DNA from: Thalia democratica
Lineage: Eukaryota
DNA: 64,000 nucleotides
Direction: 5' to 3'
Assembly: GCA_965202585.1 (NCBI GenBank)
Contig: OZ241826.1
Span: 41,230,001-41,294,000, forward strand
The notes under the pieces were generated by a model that worked only from the letters and a program-made list of their open reading frames with translations, was not told the DNA's origin and made no database searches. The stretch's first letter is position 1; each line of letters starts with the position of its first letter. The position numbers and the translations under genes are program-made. Shown piece after piece: positions 1 to 12,130 of this stretch.

Positions 1-29
1 GTAAATACAAGGAGAACATTTACAAAGAC

Positions 30-3000
30 ATGCGGTCGATACTAGACCCGTTCAGCGACTTTGATAACTTCAACTCTAAAAAGTGCTCGGCCCTAGGGAA
101 AAGTATTCGGACTGAAAAAAGCTGTAAAATCGTAAAAGAGCAAAAACAGCAGGAGGACGAGTTTGCTGTGAGGAAAATGTACGCGGAGGTTTTCAAGCCT
201 GACGAGCCTGTTTCTATGCTGCGGAAAGCAAACTGCAACGACAGGCTTGCTAAACAAAAAGCGAACAGGGCAAGCTGTGACAGCGATGCGCTCAATTGCA
301 CTGACAAATATGTAAAGGTTAAAGGCTTCGATAGCTTTCTGTGCGGAGAAAACAACATGCACAAAGCAGACGTTGAAAAGAAATGCAAAAAAAGCAGTTT
401 TGATAACAGAAAAACTGCTTGCACTTCTAGATTTGTTCCCAAAGAAACTTCTAAGCTTCTGCAAAGCTGCACCGCTCCAAACGAAGACGAGTTCGATCAG
501 ATGCTGAGAAAAATGGAAGACTGCGTGAACCAGTTAAGCTGCAGGATCGGCAGCAACGAGCCCAAGGCGAAGGCAAAAGGCAAGATATTAGAAGCGATGA
601 AGGACGTGATACGAAAGGCGAATCAGGTAAAAGAGATGCAAAGAAGGTGCGAAGAGAGCAGTGAAAGTTCGGTGTCTCAAGAAGAATGTTCGAAATGCAA
701 AAAGGGCAGCTGTAGCAAGATGGATCACTTGAACAGTTTGCTGAAGGAAGCCATGCAGGTTGCCGATTCGGAGGAAAACGTGGACGAGGAGAGGTGGAGG
801 AAAGTCAGGAAGAATCTGAGGGAAAATAGGAGAGATATCGAAAAAAAGTATGAAAAGAGAAAAAACAGGCAGGACTGTGAAGAAGAAAACAAGCCTGACT
901 TCAAAGAACTGTACCAATTAGTAATGAAGCAAAAACGAGGTAATATTAAAAGTTACGAGAGCAAAGAAGTTGTAACTAAAAAGAGTGTGACAAGCATCGG
1001 TGCCCTTTCAATCAAGAGTGAAACGAGTGTCACAATCAAGAAAAAGTTTATAAAAACTGGTGCCAAGCCGAAGGTACAATCGTGTCTGAAAGAAGAAGAA
1101 CCAGATTATAAGGCATTGTATGAGAGTTTAAAAAAGCAAATTGATAACCAAAACGGAGCTTGCGTGAGCCGTGGAGTGGTGGAAGAGTCCAGCTCTTCTT
1201 CCGATTCAAGTTTTAAATCAAACTGTGAGTTATGTTCTAATTTAGTTTCTGAACCATTATCTAAAATAAACTCTCAGTCATGTTCCAAATTAAGCTCTGA
1301 ATCAAGTACTAAGTTAAGTTCTCGGTCACGTTCCGAGTTAAGTTCTGAATCTACCGCCGATACAACTTCTGAAAGTACTGTTTCTGAAAAAAGTTTCGAG
1401 TCTACTAAACAAACTTCTACTAGTCAAAAAAATAACTTTTTACTTTGTAATCAGAATGATAAAAATAACCCAAAAGTTGAGAAGACTAATTGTGATTTAA
1501 AAATTTCGAACAACAGTTTTATGAGTGGTAATCAAGTTTCTTGTGACCAAAGTGAAAGCTGCAAAACTCAGCAAATAAATAGTAAAAACTGCAAAGTTAA
1601 CACTGATACTTTTCAGGTAAATAATGAAACAACTGCAAAAATAAATGAACAAAAGCCTTGTAACCAGAAGGTTTCTAAACAAACTCCAAGTAAGAATATT
1701 TCAACTTGTAAACCGATTTCAAAAGAAACTCCTTCAAAGAAAGTTTCATCTTCTCAGCCGAAATGTAAACAAACTTCTTATAATAAATTTTCACCTTCTG
1801 AGCAAACTTCTAAAGAAAGTCTATCAAAGAAAGTTTCTTCTAATCAACAGGTTTCTAAACAAGCTCCTAGTAAGGATATTTGTGCTTGTCAGTCAATTTC
1901 CAGGCTAGTTTCTTGTGAAAAAATGTCTCCTTGTAAGCATGGTTGTAGGCAATTATCTTGTAAAAAAGTTTCACCTTGTCAGAAAACGCGTCCATGTGAA
2001 ACACAAGAAGAGACGTTCTTTAACGTACTTTATTCAAATTTAAAAGCTCTGTTAGAAGATTTATGTTTGGATGAAAATGCAAGCTGCGAGACTTGCGAAG
2101 TTGTCAACGAATGCTGCAGAACTGACAATGATTGTTTTCCGGTTAAAAGTGTAACGTGTGTGAAGTCAACACATACAATTTGCTCCGAAGAAAAAGCAAA
2201 CTGCTGTGTTGCTCCAGTCGAAAGCTGTAAAAGCCGAGAAATTGTAGTCAAATGCAGCAGAGTTTGCGTTGAGTCAATTTCCAGCGATAGTGTTTTCAAT
2301 GTAGCTGAATGCTTAAAAAAGACTTGCGCTATCAGCAAAGTTCAACCTTGTGATCAAAAAGGTAAGCACCAGTCATGTGTGAAAAAAAGCAACTGTGAAA
2401 TTGATATTGCTTGCAAACCTTGCAAAAGTAAAGATGTGTCTTCTGCATGTGTTCAGAATGACAAGATTGCGAGTTGCATAGAGAAAACAAACTGCAGTAT
2501 AATTACTACTTGCAAAAGTAAAGATGCATCTGCCTGCGATCAAAATCATGTTTGCGAAACTCGTCAAAATTCTGAAAAATGTTCTGAAAAAGATAACACT
2601 TCGACGAGCAGTGAAACGACTGTCAGGAGAAAGCTGAACAGCAGAAAGAAAAACAAGATACTGCAGGCGTGGAAGCAAAACTACGAGCGGAGGCCTTGTT
2701 CTGAGAGCACGCAGTCTGACCTGCTCACTGAAAAGAAACCTCGTCGGCAGGTCTGCAAACCCTGTGAGTTACGAACATCAAGGACAGCACTCGTTCGACG
2801 GAAGCAAAAACCTTGCACTGAAGATAAACTCTCAGCCTTTAATGTCATCTATACAAACGTTAAAGGATGCGCAAGTCGAGCTAAAAGCTGTAAAAGCCGT
2901 GGAATGGTCGTTAAAAAAAGCAGTGCGAGATGCCATCAAAAGTCAGAAGTTGCCGTTTGCAAGATTGGGAGCAAACGAGTTTGCGCAAAACCGCAAGTTT

Positions 3001-3470
3001 TGACCTGCCAAACAGTACAAGAAAGTAGCTGCAGCCAAAAAAGTTGTGAATCAAAAACCAGTTTGTGCGAGATAATACCAGAAGAAGACTGTTGCAGCCA
3101 AACAAGATGCGACGTAACATGCGATGACGCCAACGAAGGTTATTATGACGTGTTGGGCAAGGTGTCCGGCTTCATAGGCATGTGGTCGGTGTGGTGCGGC
3201 AGGCTGAACGATTTTGTCGGCGTGAAACGTTCCTGCGAGGAACAACTCGAACGTTCCTGCGAGGAAAAATTTGGCAGCAACCGCCAGTCCTATTCCGAGT
3301 TATCGGTTTTCCGCATCCACAAATCTCACCGTCCGAACTTGCAGCGAAAGTCATCGGAGAGCGTGGATGATTTTTTGCGCTCGGTGGAAAAGGACTTGGA
3401 GATGAAGCAGAACCGGCTGGTTGAAATGCTCGTGAAGGAAAATCGTAGAAAAAAAGGATTATTAAAATAA
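30..3470 (+). CDS. Large intronless Lys/Ser/Cys/Glu-rich low-complexity protein (>=1146 aa), function unknown; probably 5'-truncated by the window edge
   Basis: 3.4-kb stop-free frame in a very AT-rich background, with clearly higher GC (sampled 60-nt lines at 48-60% near both ends). The frame is also open from position 3 to the ATG (KYKENIYKD-M), so the true start may lie upstream. Contains internal repeated motifs and heptad-like helical segments. AATAAA at 3466-3471 and 3560-3565. Confidence 0.85.
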   Translation: MRSILDPFSDFDNFNSKKCSALGKSIRTEKSCKIVKEQKQQEDEFAVRKMYAEVFKPDEPVSMLRKANCNDRLAKQKANRASCDSDALNCTDKYVKVKGFDSFLCGENNMHKADVEKKCKKSSFDNRKTACTSRFVPKETSKLLQSCTAPNEDEFDQMLRKMEDCVNQLSCRIGSNEPKAKAKGKILEAMKDVIRKANQVKEMQRRCEESSESSVSQEECSKCKKGSCSKMDHLNSLLKEAMQVADSEENVDEERWRKVRKNLRENRRDIEKKYEKRKNRQDCEEENKPDFKELYQLVMKQKRGNIKSYESKEVVTKKSVTSIGALSIKSETSVTIKKKFIKTGAKPKVQSCLKEEEPDYKALYESLKKQIDNQNGACVSRGVVEESSSSSDSSFKSNCELCSNLVSEPLSKINSQSCSKLSSESSTKLSSRSRSELSSESTADTTSESTVSEKSFESTKQTSTSQKNNFLLCNQNDKNNPKVEKTNCDLKISNNSFMSGNQVSCDQSESCKTQQINSKNCKVNTDTFQVNNETTAKINEQKPCNQKVSKQTPSKNISTCKPISKETPSKKVSSSQPKCKQTSYNKFSPSEQTSKESLSKKVSSNQQVSKQAPSKDICACQSISRLVSCEKMSPCKHGCRQLSCKKVSPCQKTRPCETQEETFFNVLYSNLKALLEDLCLDENASCETCEVVNECCRTDNDCFPVKSVTCVKSTHTICSEEKANCCVAPVESCKSREIVVKCSRVCVESISSDSVFNVAECLKKTCAISKVQPCDQKGKHQSCVKKSNCEIDIACKPCKSKDVSSACVQNDKIASCIEKTNCSIITTCKSKDASACDQNHVCETRQNSEKCSEKDNTSTSSETTVRRKLNSRKKNKILQAWKQNYERRPCSESTQSDLLTEKKPRRQVCKPCELRTSRTALVRRKQKPCTEDKLSAFNVIYTNVKGCASRAKSCKSRGMVVKKSSARCHQKSEVAVCKIGSKRVCAKPQVLTCQTVQESSCSQKSCESKTSLCEIIPEEDCCSQTRCDVTCDDANEGYYDVLGKVSGFIGMWSVWCGRLNDFVGVKRSCEEQLERSCEEKFGSNRQSYSELSVFRIHKSHRPNLQRKSSESVDDFLRSVEKDLEMKQNRLVEMLVKENRRKKGLLK
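1665..1979 (+). repeat. Seven tandem 45-bp (15-aa) degenerate coding repeats
   Basis: QKVSKQTPSKNISTC / KPISKETPSKKVSSS / QPKCKQTSYNKFSPS / EQTSKESLSKKVSSN / QQVSKQAPSKDICAC / QSISRLVSCEKMSPC / KHGCRQLSCKKVSPC, read directly from the ORF. Confidence 0.85.
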
Positions 3471-6400
3471 AACGTAATCTTGTTGATTTAAAGAGTAGTT
3501 TTTATGGTTGAAAAAAGGTGCTTAATCAGTTTTGGTCGGAAAAAAAAAAGTTTCAATGAAATAAATTAACTTAGAAATTTAAAAAAACTTTAAAAAATGT
3601 ACTATGTATAAAATATGAAAAGTAATTGTTACTATCAAAGTCTTTTGTATCAAAGTCTTTTTTAATTATTTTAGTTTAGTTGAAATTACACATTACTGAT
3701 AAAAATTGTTTTAATGTAAAAAAATGCTGTTTGTCAGCTAAGATAAATAACCAGTATTTATTTCGGCCATCATCAAAAAAAATTGAGATGCTTCGCGCCT
3801 TCAACAACGATTAATGAGCTTCACCACACGACCATCAACAACAACGTCCGAGACAACGAAAGCTAGGTTTCATACATATCAAAAAGATTAAAAACATATT
3901 ATATCTGAATCAGCGCTTTTTTTTCAATCTTCATCAATATAAGTTTTGCTTTAAAACAATAACAAACTCTAGTAACAATTTGCTTTGTTCTTAATACAAT
4001 TTTTTTTGATTAAAATATATACCTTAACTTATCTTCAGCTTTGAATACAAAAATTTACTTGTAGATGTAATCAAGAAAAATATATATTGCGATTACTTTT
4101 TACTTTTCATAATGAAATACGTGTTACTAATAAGTTAAAAGTGCACTGCTAACTCGTTTTCAGTAAAAATTTTGTCAAAATTAAAAAATAAGTGGTTCGG
4201 TACTACAAGCTTTAATGAAAAAAGTTACAGTAAAAAACGTATTGCACTTGGCATAAGTATACTTTTATATAAGCTTTTCATTTACTGGAAAGTCAAGAAA
4301 GCTTTGCAAAGAAAATTAAGTTACCCGTTTGCAAGCTTTCTACGACAATTTAATCGCCTAGCAACGAAATGATTGCTGCTATTCGATACTTATAATCAAT
4401 TTATTTTCGTATACTAAATTTTCGCAATGTTGAACCGGTTTGTTTACATGTTAATTTGGTGTTGCTGCAATTAAATAATAAATATATCGATTAGTAAATA
4501 AAAGTTCATGGTTTTTTGGTAAAAATTTATGAACTTTTATGCTAAACGGTTTTTTTTTGCAATTTATATATTTGATAAATGATGGATTTCTAAATATCTA
4601 CTTGGGCTACGTTTCATAAAATCGCAGCAAGATAAATGAGTGGCTAAAAGTAAACATTAAAAAAAAATTTTGTAAACGAATTGTCACATTTTATTTAGTA
4701 ACTTCTTAAAAACTGAGCTACACTTTAGTTTTCAAAAAAAACTTTATGTTTTAAATTTATTGTTTTATGAAAAAAAATACTAAAATATGTTCTTAAAACT
4801 AAATAACATTATATGTCTGTTTAAAACACAACAAGCATATAAGTCAAACACTACAATGTAACAAACATTTTAGTAACACCACTACAATGTAACAATAACA
4901 AATAACATAAAGTTTTTTTTAGCTTCACGAAAATAAGTTGTAAACCACTGTAGTTTATTTAAACTTTTAACTTTAAAAGTAAGTGCCAGTTATTAAAATT
5001 TAGTAGTTTTAGTATTTTATTGCTATGGACTTATTTCATAAAAGTAAATTGAATATATTTTATATACAGTATTTTATATTTTTACAGTTTTTGCACAACA
5101 GCAAAGCTTTTGAAATAAAATTTACTAGCAATAATATAAAATAGAGTAACTCATACTAGTTGTTACTTTATATGTTGTAGTTTCAAAAGATAATTTTTTT
5201 TCTTTGTGAACTAATATAAAACATAAAAAGATTCTCAACTATTTATTTTAACAAACAAAAATAATTATTTTAAACTACTGTATTAGTATTCGCTTTATGT
5301 TAAGCAGTCTGACCGAAGTTATATTTAACTATTATAAATTTTTATTATTTTTATTTTTATCATTTTATTAAAGTAAGCTAAGGTATAGTAACAGGTTTGT
5401 TATTTGTCTGTATAAAAACTTTAAGTGCCCATAAAAATTCATTTAAATATCACAAACAATTTATTAATCGGTAAATAAAATTGCTTAGCAGTGTAAAATA
5501 TCTGTAAATTAAATAAAGTTTAAATACATGTAATGTATAATAGAAATAAATAAAATAATATAAAAGTTTTAGCTAAAACAGTTTTGATTAACTCAAAACT
5601 AACTTCATGCTTGTTTAAGATATAAAGTAGTAAGACTTTTTATATTTTGAAACTGTAAAAACTTTAAGAAAAAAAAAAACCAAATAAAGTAAGTAAAATC
5701 ATGAACATTCTTAAAAATATTTTAATTTCTTTGTATTGATATTTTTCAAAAATTTATTTTAAAGTTTTATCACATTTTGAATTTCATCTTCTGTATAACC
5801 GCTTGTTCGTAAATATTTTCTGTACTTCACTGAATTGCTCTTAGTGGTGAAAAATTTATTTGTTTAAAAATTGTTTTATATGAAAATATTTATACACTTT
5901 AAAAATAGATAAAATAAACATTTCTTACTTGTTAACAAACTAGTTAAATTTTAATAGATAAATTGTCTATAAAAAAAAAGTATCTTTTAAATTTATATAG
6001 TTTATGAAAAAGTATACTTTCTCATGTAAAAAAATGCTAGTTTTTTTTTTATTCCGTTGTGGCTTTGATAAAAACTTTTGTTTTTAATAGCTTCAAAAAA
6101 TAAATGCAACGACAATTCGGTGGGTTTTGTTAAAACCTACGCTTAACATAAGTAAATTTAAACAGACGTAGTTGTTTTTTATATTTTAGCTATGCTAAAA
6201 TATATTGTTTATTAAAAAGAAATATTTTGTAACAAGTCTAACTAGTTATTAAATAGAGTTTGATAAACCACACAAAAAAAAAACAACGCTCAAAATATTT
6301 GATTCTAGGACCTGGTGCACGAAGAACTTTTCGGTTATCCAGCCGTTCACTAATTGGGCACCTTTTAACGTGTTCTACAGGACAATTGTCTTTAAAGTTT

Positions 6401-7690
6401 GTGTGAGTAAAATTCAAATGTACCTACTTTAGTTCAAACTAATTATATAAGGTATGCTAGAGTCATGTGGTCTATATATTTAAACACAAATCTTATCAAA
6501 ATTCTTAAAAGACATTAAAATTGTACACAGTAATCTTTAAATGTTTTCAATTTTTAATTTCTATATCGTTAACTACGTTTTAAATTTTTATAGTAAATGA
6601 ATTTAAGCAAAAGTAGTAGAGTAAATAAACAAAAAAAAATGCCTTTTCAAGACACATATCTTATGTTAGATACAAACTTTTACCATCATAAAGTTTAAAT
6701 TAATAACAGTTTTTGCAGACCCTCGCGTTGAAAATATACGATAAAAATTAGCTGATTGAATACACGATGCTTCGCCGAGGAAAGTAATCGATTTGGCTAA
6801 CGCGATTTTGTTTGTGTACGCGCATGATGATAAAAAAAACTGCGCATAATGTATTCTACAATTCACATAAATGATAAGTTACAGTTTTTAGTAATATTCA
6901 TCTTGTCGAATTTTAAAAGCCTTATCAGAATGTTTTTAGAGCTATACTTAACTTAAAATACTGTTATAAAAACTAAAAAATAGTTTTAACGTGTTTTTTT
7001 AACTAAAATGATTTGGTGTTGGTAACTTTTAATATCTACGCAAGTTTCTTTTATTGAAACTTAGAATAGCTTTTAAAATATACTTAATTATCAAATCTCA
7101 ATAAAATTAATAGAAATTTTTTTTGTTATAGAATAAAAACATACGGTTTAATTCTTGCTAAGTGTAGTTTAGTTATTTTAAAAATCTACTTTTTTAGACA
7201 AGTGTTGTTTTATAATAAGTCAACAAAATAAATCGTAAAACATATTTTAACAGTACCTTTGTTTAAGTAGTATATGTTCTTAATAAAACATGTTTATGCT
7301 AGTACAGAGTCGTTTAAAGAAAATAAGATACATTTTTAAGGTCTAGCTCTGATTTTATATCTCTAATTTTCTTCAAATATACACAATTTGTAAACATTTT
7401 CTAGTTTTATTTTGACTACATAGGCACACAAAATAACAATTTATATATAAAATATCTTAAGTAGATCTAAAAGTATTTTTTTTATATGTAATAACAAAAA
7501 ATAATATTTTTTTAGTTATTTAAAACAATAAAACTTATGAAACAAAAAAGTTTAAGCAAATCTACTGATATTTTTTTGATAAAAAAGTTTAAGCAAACTA
7601 AAAAAGCTTCACGATTATTTGTGAGTTTATTAACAATTTTATTTTTGTTTATCGTTTGATTTTTGTATAAAAATAAAAAAAGCATTTTTT
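3449..7690 (+). repeat. Segmental duplication unit A1 (about 4.25 kb)
   Basis: Starts with aaaaaaaggattattaaaataaaacgtaatct, repeated at 7703-7734. Colinear matches continue through the unit (e.g. 3760-3900 vs 7990-8130; 4290-4700 vs 8520-8900; 5820 vs 10040; 7575 vs 11985). End point is approximate. Confidence 0.85.
6288..6383 (+). repeat. Dispersed ~70-100 bp GC-richer element, copy 1
   Basis: gctcaaaatatttg...ggacctggtgcacgaagaac...cggttatc...caggac, shared with other copies in the window. Confidence 0.7.
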
Positions 7691-7700
7691 ACTGGTAACT

Positions 7701-10700
7701 AAAAAAAAAGGATTATTAAAATAAAACGTAATCTTTTTGAGTTAAAGAGTAGTTTAATCAGTTTTAGTCGAAAAAAAAAAGTTCCAATAAAATAAGTTAG
7801 CTTAGAAGTTTGAAAAAACTTTAAAAAATCTACTACGTGTAAAATATAAAAAAATAGTTGCTACTATCAAAGTCTTTTGTTTCAAAGTCTTTTTTAATTA
7901 TTTTAGTTTAGTTGAAATTACACATTACTAAAAATAATTTTTTTAATGTAAAAAAATGCTGTTTGTCAGCTAAGATAAATAACCAGTAATTATTTCGGCC
8001 ATCATCAAAAAGAATTGAGATACTTCGCGCCTTCAACAACGATTAATGAGCTTCACCACACGACCATCAACAACAACGTCCGAGACAACGAAAGCTAGGT
8101 TTCATACATATCAAAAAAATTAAAATCATATTATATCCGCAAAGGCGCTTTTTTTTCAATCTTCATTGTTATAAGTTTTGCGAAAAAACAATAACAAACT
8201 CTAGCAACAATTGGCTATGTTCTTAATACAATTTTTTTGATTAAAATATAGACTTTAACTTATCTTCAGCTTTGAATACAAAAAATTACTTGTAGATGTA
8301 ATCAAGAAAAATATATATTGCGATTATACTTTGTATTTTTTTGTAATAAAAAATGTTAAACGTAAACTTTTAACTCGTTGTCAATTAAGTTTTTTGGATA
8401 ATTGAACAACAAGTGGTGCGGTAATAAACGCTTTAATAAAAAAAAGTAATGGTTAAAAACGTTTTGCAGTTGGCACAAGTATACTTTTATATAAGCTTTT
8501 TATTCACTGGAATGTCAAGATAGCTTTGCAAAGAAAATTAAGTTACCCGTTTGCAAGCTTTCTACAACAATTTAATTGCCTAGTAACAAAATGATTGCTG
8601 CTATTCGATATTTATAATCGGTTTATTTTCGTATACTAAATTTTCGCAATGTTGAACCGGTTTGTTTACATGTTAATTTGGTGTTGCTTCAATTAAATAA
8701 TAAATATATCGATTAGTAAATAAAAATTCATGGTTTTTTGGTAAAATTTTATGAACTTTTATGCTAAACGGTTTTTTTTTGCAATTTATATATTTGATAA
8801 ATGATGGATTTCTAAATATCTATTTAAGCTACGTTTCATAAAATCGCAGCAAGATAAATGAGTGGTTAAAAGTAAACATTTTTAAAAATTTTGTAAAAAA
8901 AGTCCTATTTCATTTGACTAATTTCTTAACAACTTTTAACAACAAACTTACATTTTCTTTTTCAACAAAAAACTTTATGTTTAAAGTTTGTTGTTAAATG
9001 AAAAAAAACACAAAACTACTTAAACAAGTTCCTAAAACTAAATAGTATTATGAATGTGTTTAAAACACAACAACCATATAAGTCAAACATTACAATGTAG
9101 ATTTTCAAAAGCATCAACATTTTTTTAGCTTCACGAAAATAAGTTGTAAACCACTGTAGTTAATTTAGACTTTTAACTTTAAAAGTAAGTGCTACTTATT
9201 AAACTTTAATAGTTTTAGTTTTTGTTAACATGAACTTATTACATACAAATAAATTAAATGTATTTTATTTATAACTTTTTTTGTTTTGTTTTTATTTTAC
9301 AGTTTTTGCACAACAGCAAAACTTTTAAGATAAAATTTACGAGGAATAATATAAAATAGAGTAACTCATACTAGTTATAAATGTTGTAGTTTCAAAACAT
9401 AATTTTTGCTTTTAAAATAATATAAACCATAACAAAATATTCAACTATTAACTGTAACAAACCAAAATAATTGCTTTAAACTACTGTGTTAGTATTAGTT
9501 TTATGTTAAGCAGTCTGACTTAAGTTTTTATTAAACTAAATTAAATTTTCTTTTATTATTTTATTTATCACGTTTTTAAAGTAAGCTAAGGTATAGTTAC
9601 AGGTTTGTTATTTCTCTTTATAGAAACCTTTAAGTGCCCATAAAAATTCATTCAAACAATCTTATTAATTGGTAAATAAAAATGTCTAGCAGTGTGAAAC
9701 ATCTGTAAACTAAATAAAGTTTAAATACATGTAATGTATAAACAAATAAGGATATGCTGTTGAAATAGAGTTTTCATGGAAATATAGAAACTTTAGCTAA
9801 ACTTGTTTTGATAAACTCAAAACTAACTTCATGCTTTTTTAAGATGAAAGAGTAGTTCATTAAGAAACTCTAAAAACTTTAAGAAAAAAATCACCAAAGA
9901 AAATAAATAAAATTATGAACATTCTTAAAAATATTTTAATTTCTTTGTATTGATATTTTTTAAAAAATGTATTTTAAAATTTTACCACATTTTGAATTTC
10001 ATCTTCTGCATAACCACTTGTTCGTAAATATTTTTTGTTTTTCATTGAACTGCTCTTAGTGGTGAAAAATTTGTTTGTTTGAAAATTATTTTATAAGGAA
10101 ATATTTATACACTCTAAATAATAGATATAAGAAACATCGATTACTTGTTAATAAACTAGTTAACTTTGAGTAGACAAATTGTCTATAAAACAAATAGTAT
10201 TTTTAAATTTTTGTAGCTTATGAAAAGTTTGTACTTTTTCTTAAAAAAAATACCAGTTTTTTTTTTATTCCATAGTAACTTTACCAAAAACTTTTTATTT
10301 TAAAAGCATAAAAAATCAATGCAAAGACAATTCGGTAGACTTTGTTAAAAAATTAAATAGAAAATTTTCTAAATATATTTAAGATATACTAAAATATATT
10401 GTTGGTTAAAAAAAAAAACATCTTTTTGTAACAAAAATATGTAATTAGTTCATGATTTAAAGTTTATTGAACATCTTTGTCTACTAAAAAAAAACACAAA
10501 TCCAAAAAAGTTTCAAAATTTTCTACTTTTGTATGAAAAAAAAACTAGTTTATTTCTTAAACCGTAGAAACTTTTATAAAAACTTTAATTATTAGTATAT
10601 GCTTATGCTAATTGATGCTTACAAAGTTTGGTAGACTTTATTTAAATATTCAGTTTATTAACAAGCAAGTTTAATAAGGGTTGTACTTTAGTTTTATGAA

Positions 10701-12130
10701 CACTAAAATATATTATTTACTGAAATAAAAAACCAGTTTTGGTAAATAAAAAAAACTAAATATAAGTCTTATTTGTGCTAAAGTTTTTCACGAGTCTAAA
10801 TGCTTATATATCTACTTGAACATTTTTCGTTATTTGTTGTTAATTATGTAAAACATACTCCCTTGTGCAGGAATTATGAAGTCAATAGACGTTGAAAAGT
10901 TCTACCAGTATTCCAAGCAAGACAAAAAAATTATACATTTCAAGGTTTCTGATTATTTAAGCTCTTTAAATTTTCTTTCATTCTTTTTTAAAATAAAAAG
11001 GTTTATACCTGTTAAGGATAATCTATTTAAGGTGATATGAATTATGTCAGATAAATTTTTTTTACCATTGTGAAACATAATTTAATTAAATTTTTATAGA
11101 CAACTGTGCTAAAATTATACGAAAAAATCAACTGTTTGAATTCAGCATTTCGCCGAGGTCAGTAACCGTTTTCGCGGTTTTCTTTGTGACAGGCTTGCTA
11201 ATAAGAAGAAAAACTGGTTCTACGCTAAATTTACCTGTATGATATGTTACAGTTTCTAGTAAAACATATCTTACCGGTTTCTAAAAGCTGTAGGTAATAA
11301 ATTGTTAAGTAAGTTCTACTTAACTTATTATATTTTTTTTAGACTGAAAAAAATAAAAAAAAGTTTATTAAAAAGTTTGAGTGTTTGTAATTTTCAATTT
11401 ATTTGCTTTTTTATTAAAATAACGCTTGAAGCTGTTTTAAATTTAAACTTTATCAAAAGATATATTAAAAAGTCTATATTTTTAATATAAAAAAATTGTT
11501 TGATTCTGTGATCCAGCTGTAATTTGTTTTTGAAGAAAAACCTTTTCCAAATTTTTGAAATTAGTTAAGTTAAGTCGGAGTTCATAAAAAAATCTAAAAA
11601 CAATTAAACATTATTATTATTCTAAATAGTATCTTTAAATAAAACATCTTTATACAAAACTAATTCAAAGTTATATTTGAAATTTTTTTTTCTAAGGTTT
11701 GGTTTTGACTTTATGCCTTTAGATTTTCTTAAGCAAGTATAATATATACACAAATTTAATATAAATTTAGACCTATTAGTTACAATAAACACCTAGTTTT
11801 TATATGAATATCACATATGACATATTTAATTTATAAATCATAAAACGGGTTGATTGTTAAATACTTATGAAAAAACTGCCTACAACCTTTATATTGTTTA
11901 AAACAATAAATATTATTGAACTAAACGCCAAAAAAATTATTTGAAGTAAACTTACCGCTTTTTACTCAGTACATAAGTTCAGGCAAACTAAAAAGCTTCA
12001 CGATTGTTTGTGAGTTTGTAAACAAAAAAAACTGTTTATTTATCGGATGTTTAATCAGGATTATGTGTTTGTGATAAAATAAACTAACATGGATTTGAGA
12101 AATTAAATCGTATTTTGACGTTCGGCTTTT
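7701..12130 (+). repeat. Segmental duplication unit A2 (tandem copy of A1)
   Basis: Colinear with A1. Its 3' half is also colinear with 17340-19130. Confidence 0.85.

Noticed and set aside
20-3370. Short antisense and alternate-frame ORFs overlapping the 1146-aa ORF
   Set aside because: They are shadows of a long, codon-biased, low-complexity CDS, with no independent features.
3790-3870. Ras-like VVVDGRVVKL peptide on the minus strand (also at about 8040-8100)
   Set aside because: It is flanked by stops, and no P-loop, DTAG or NKxD exons were found.
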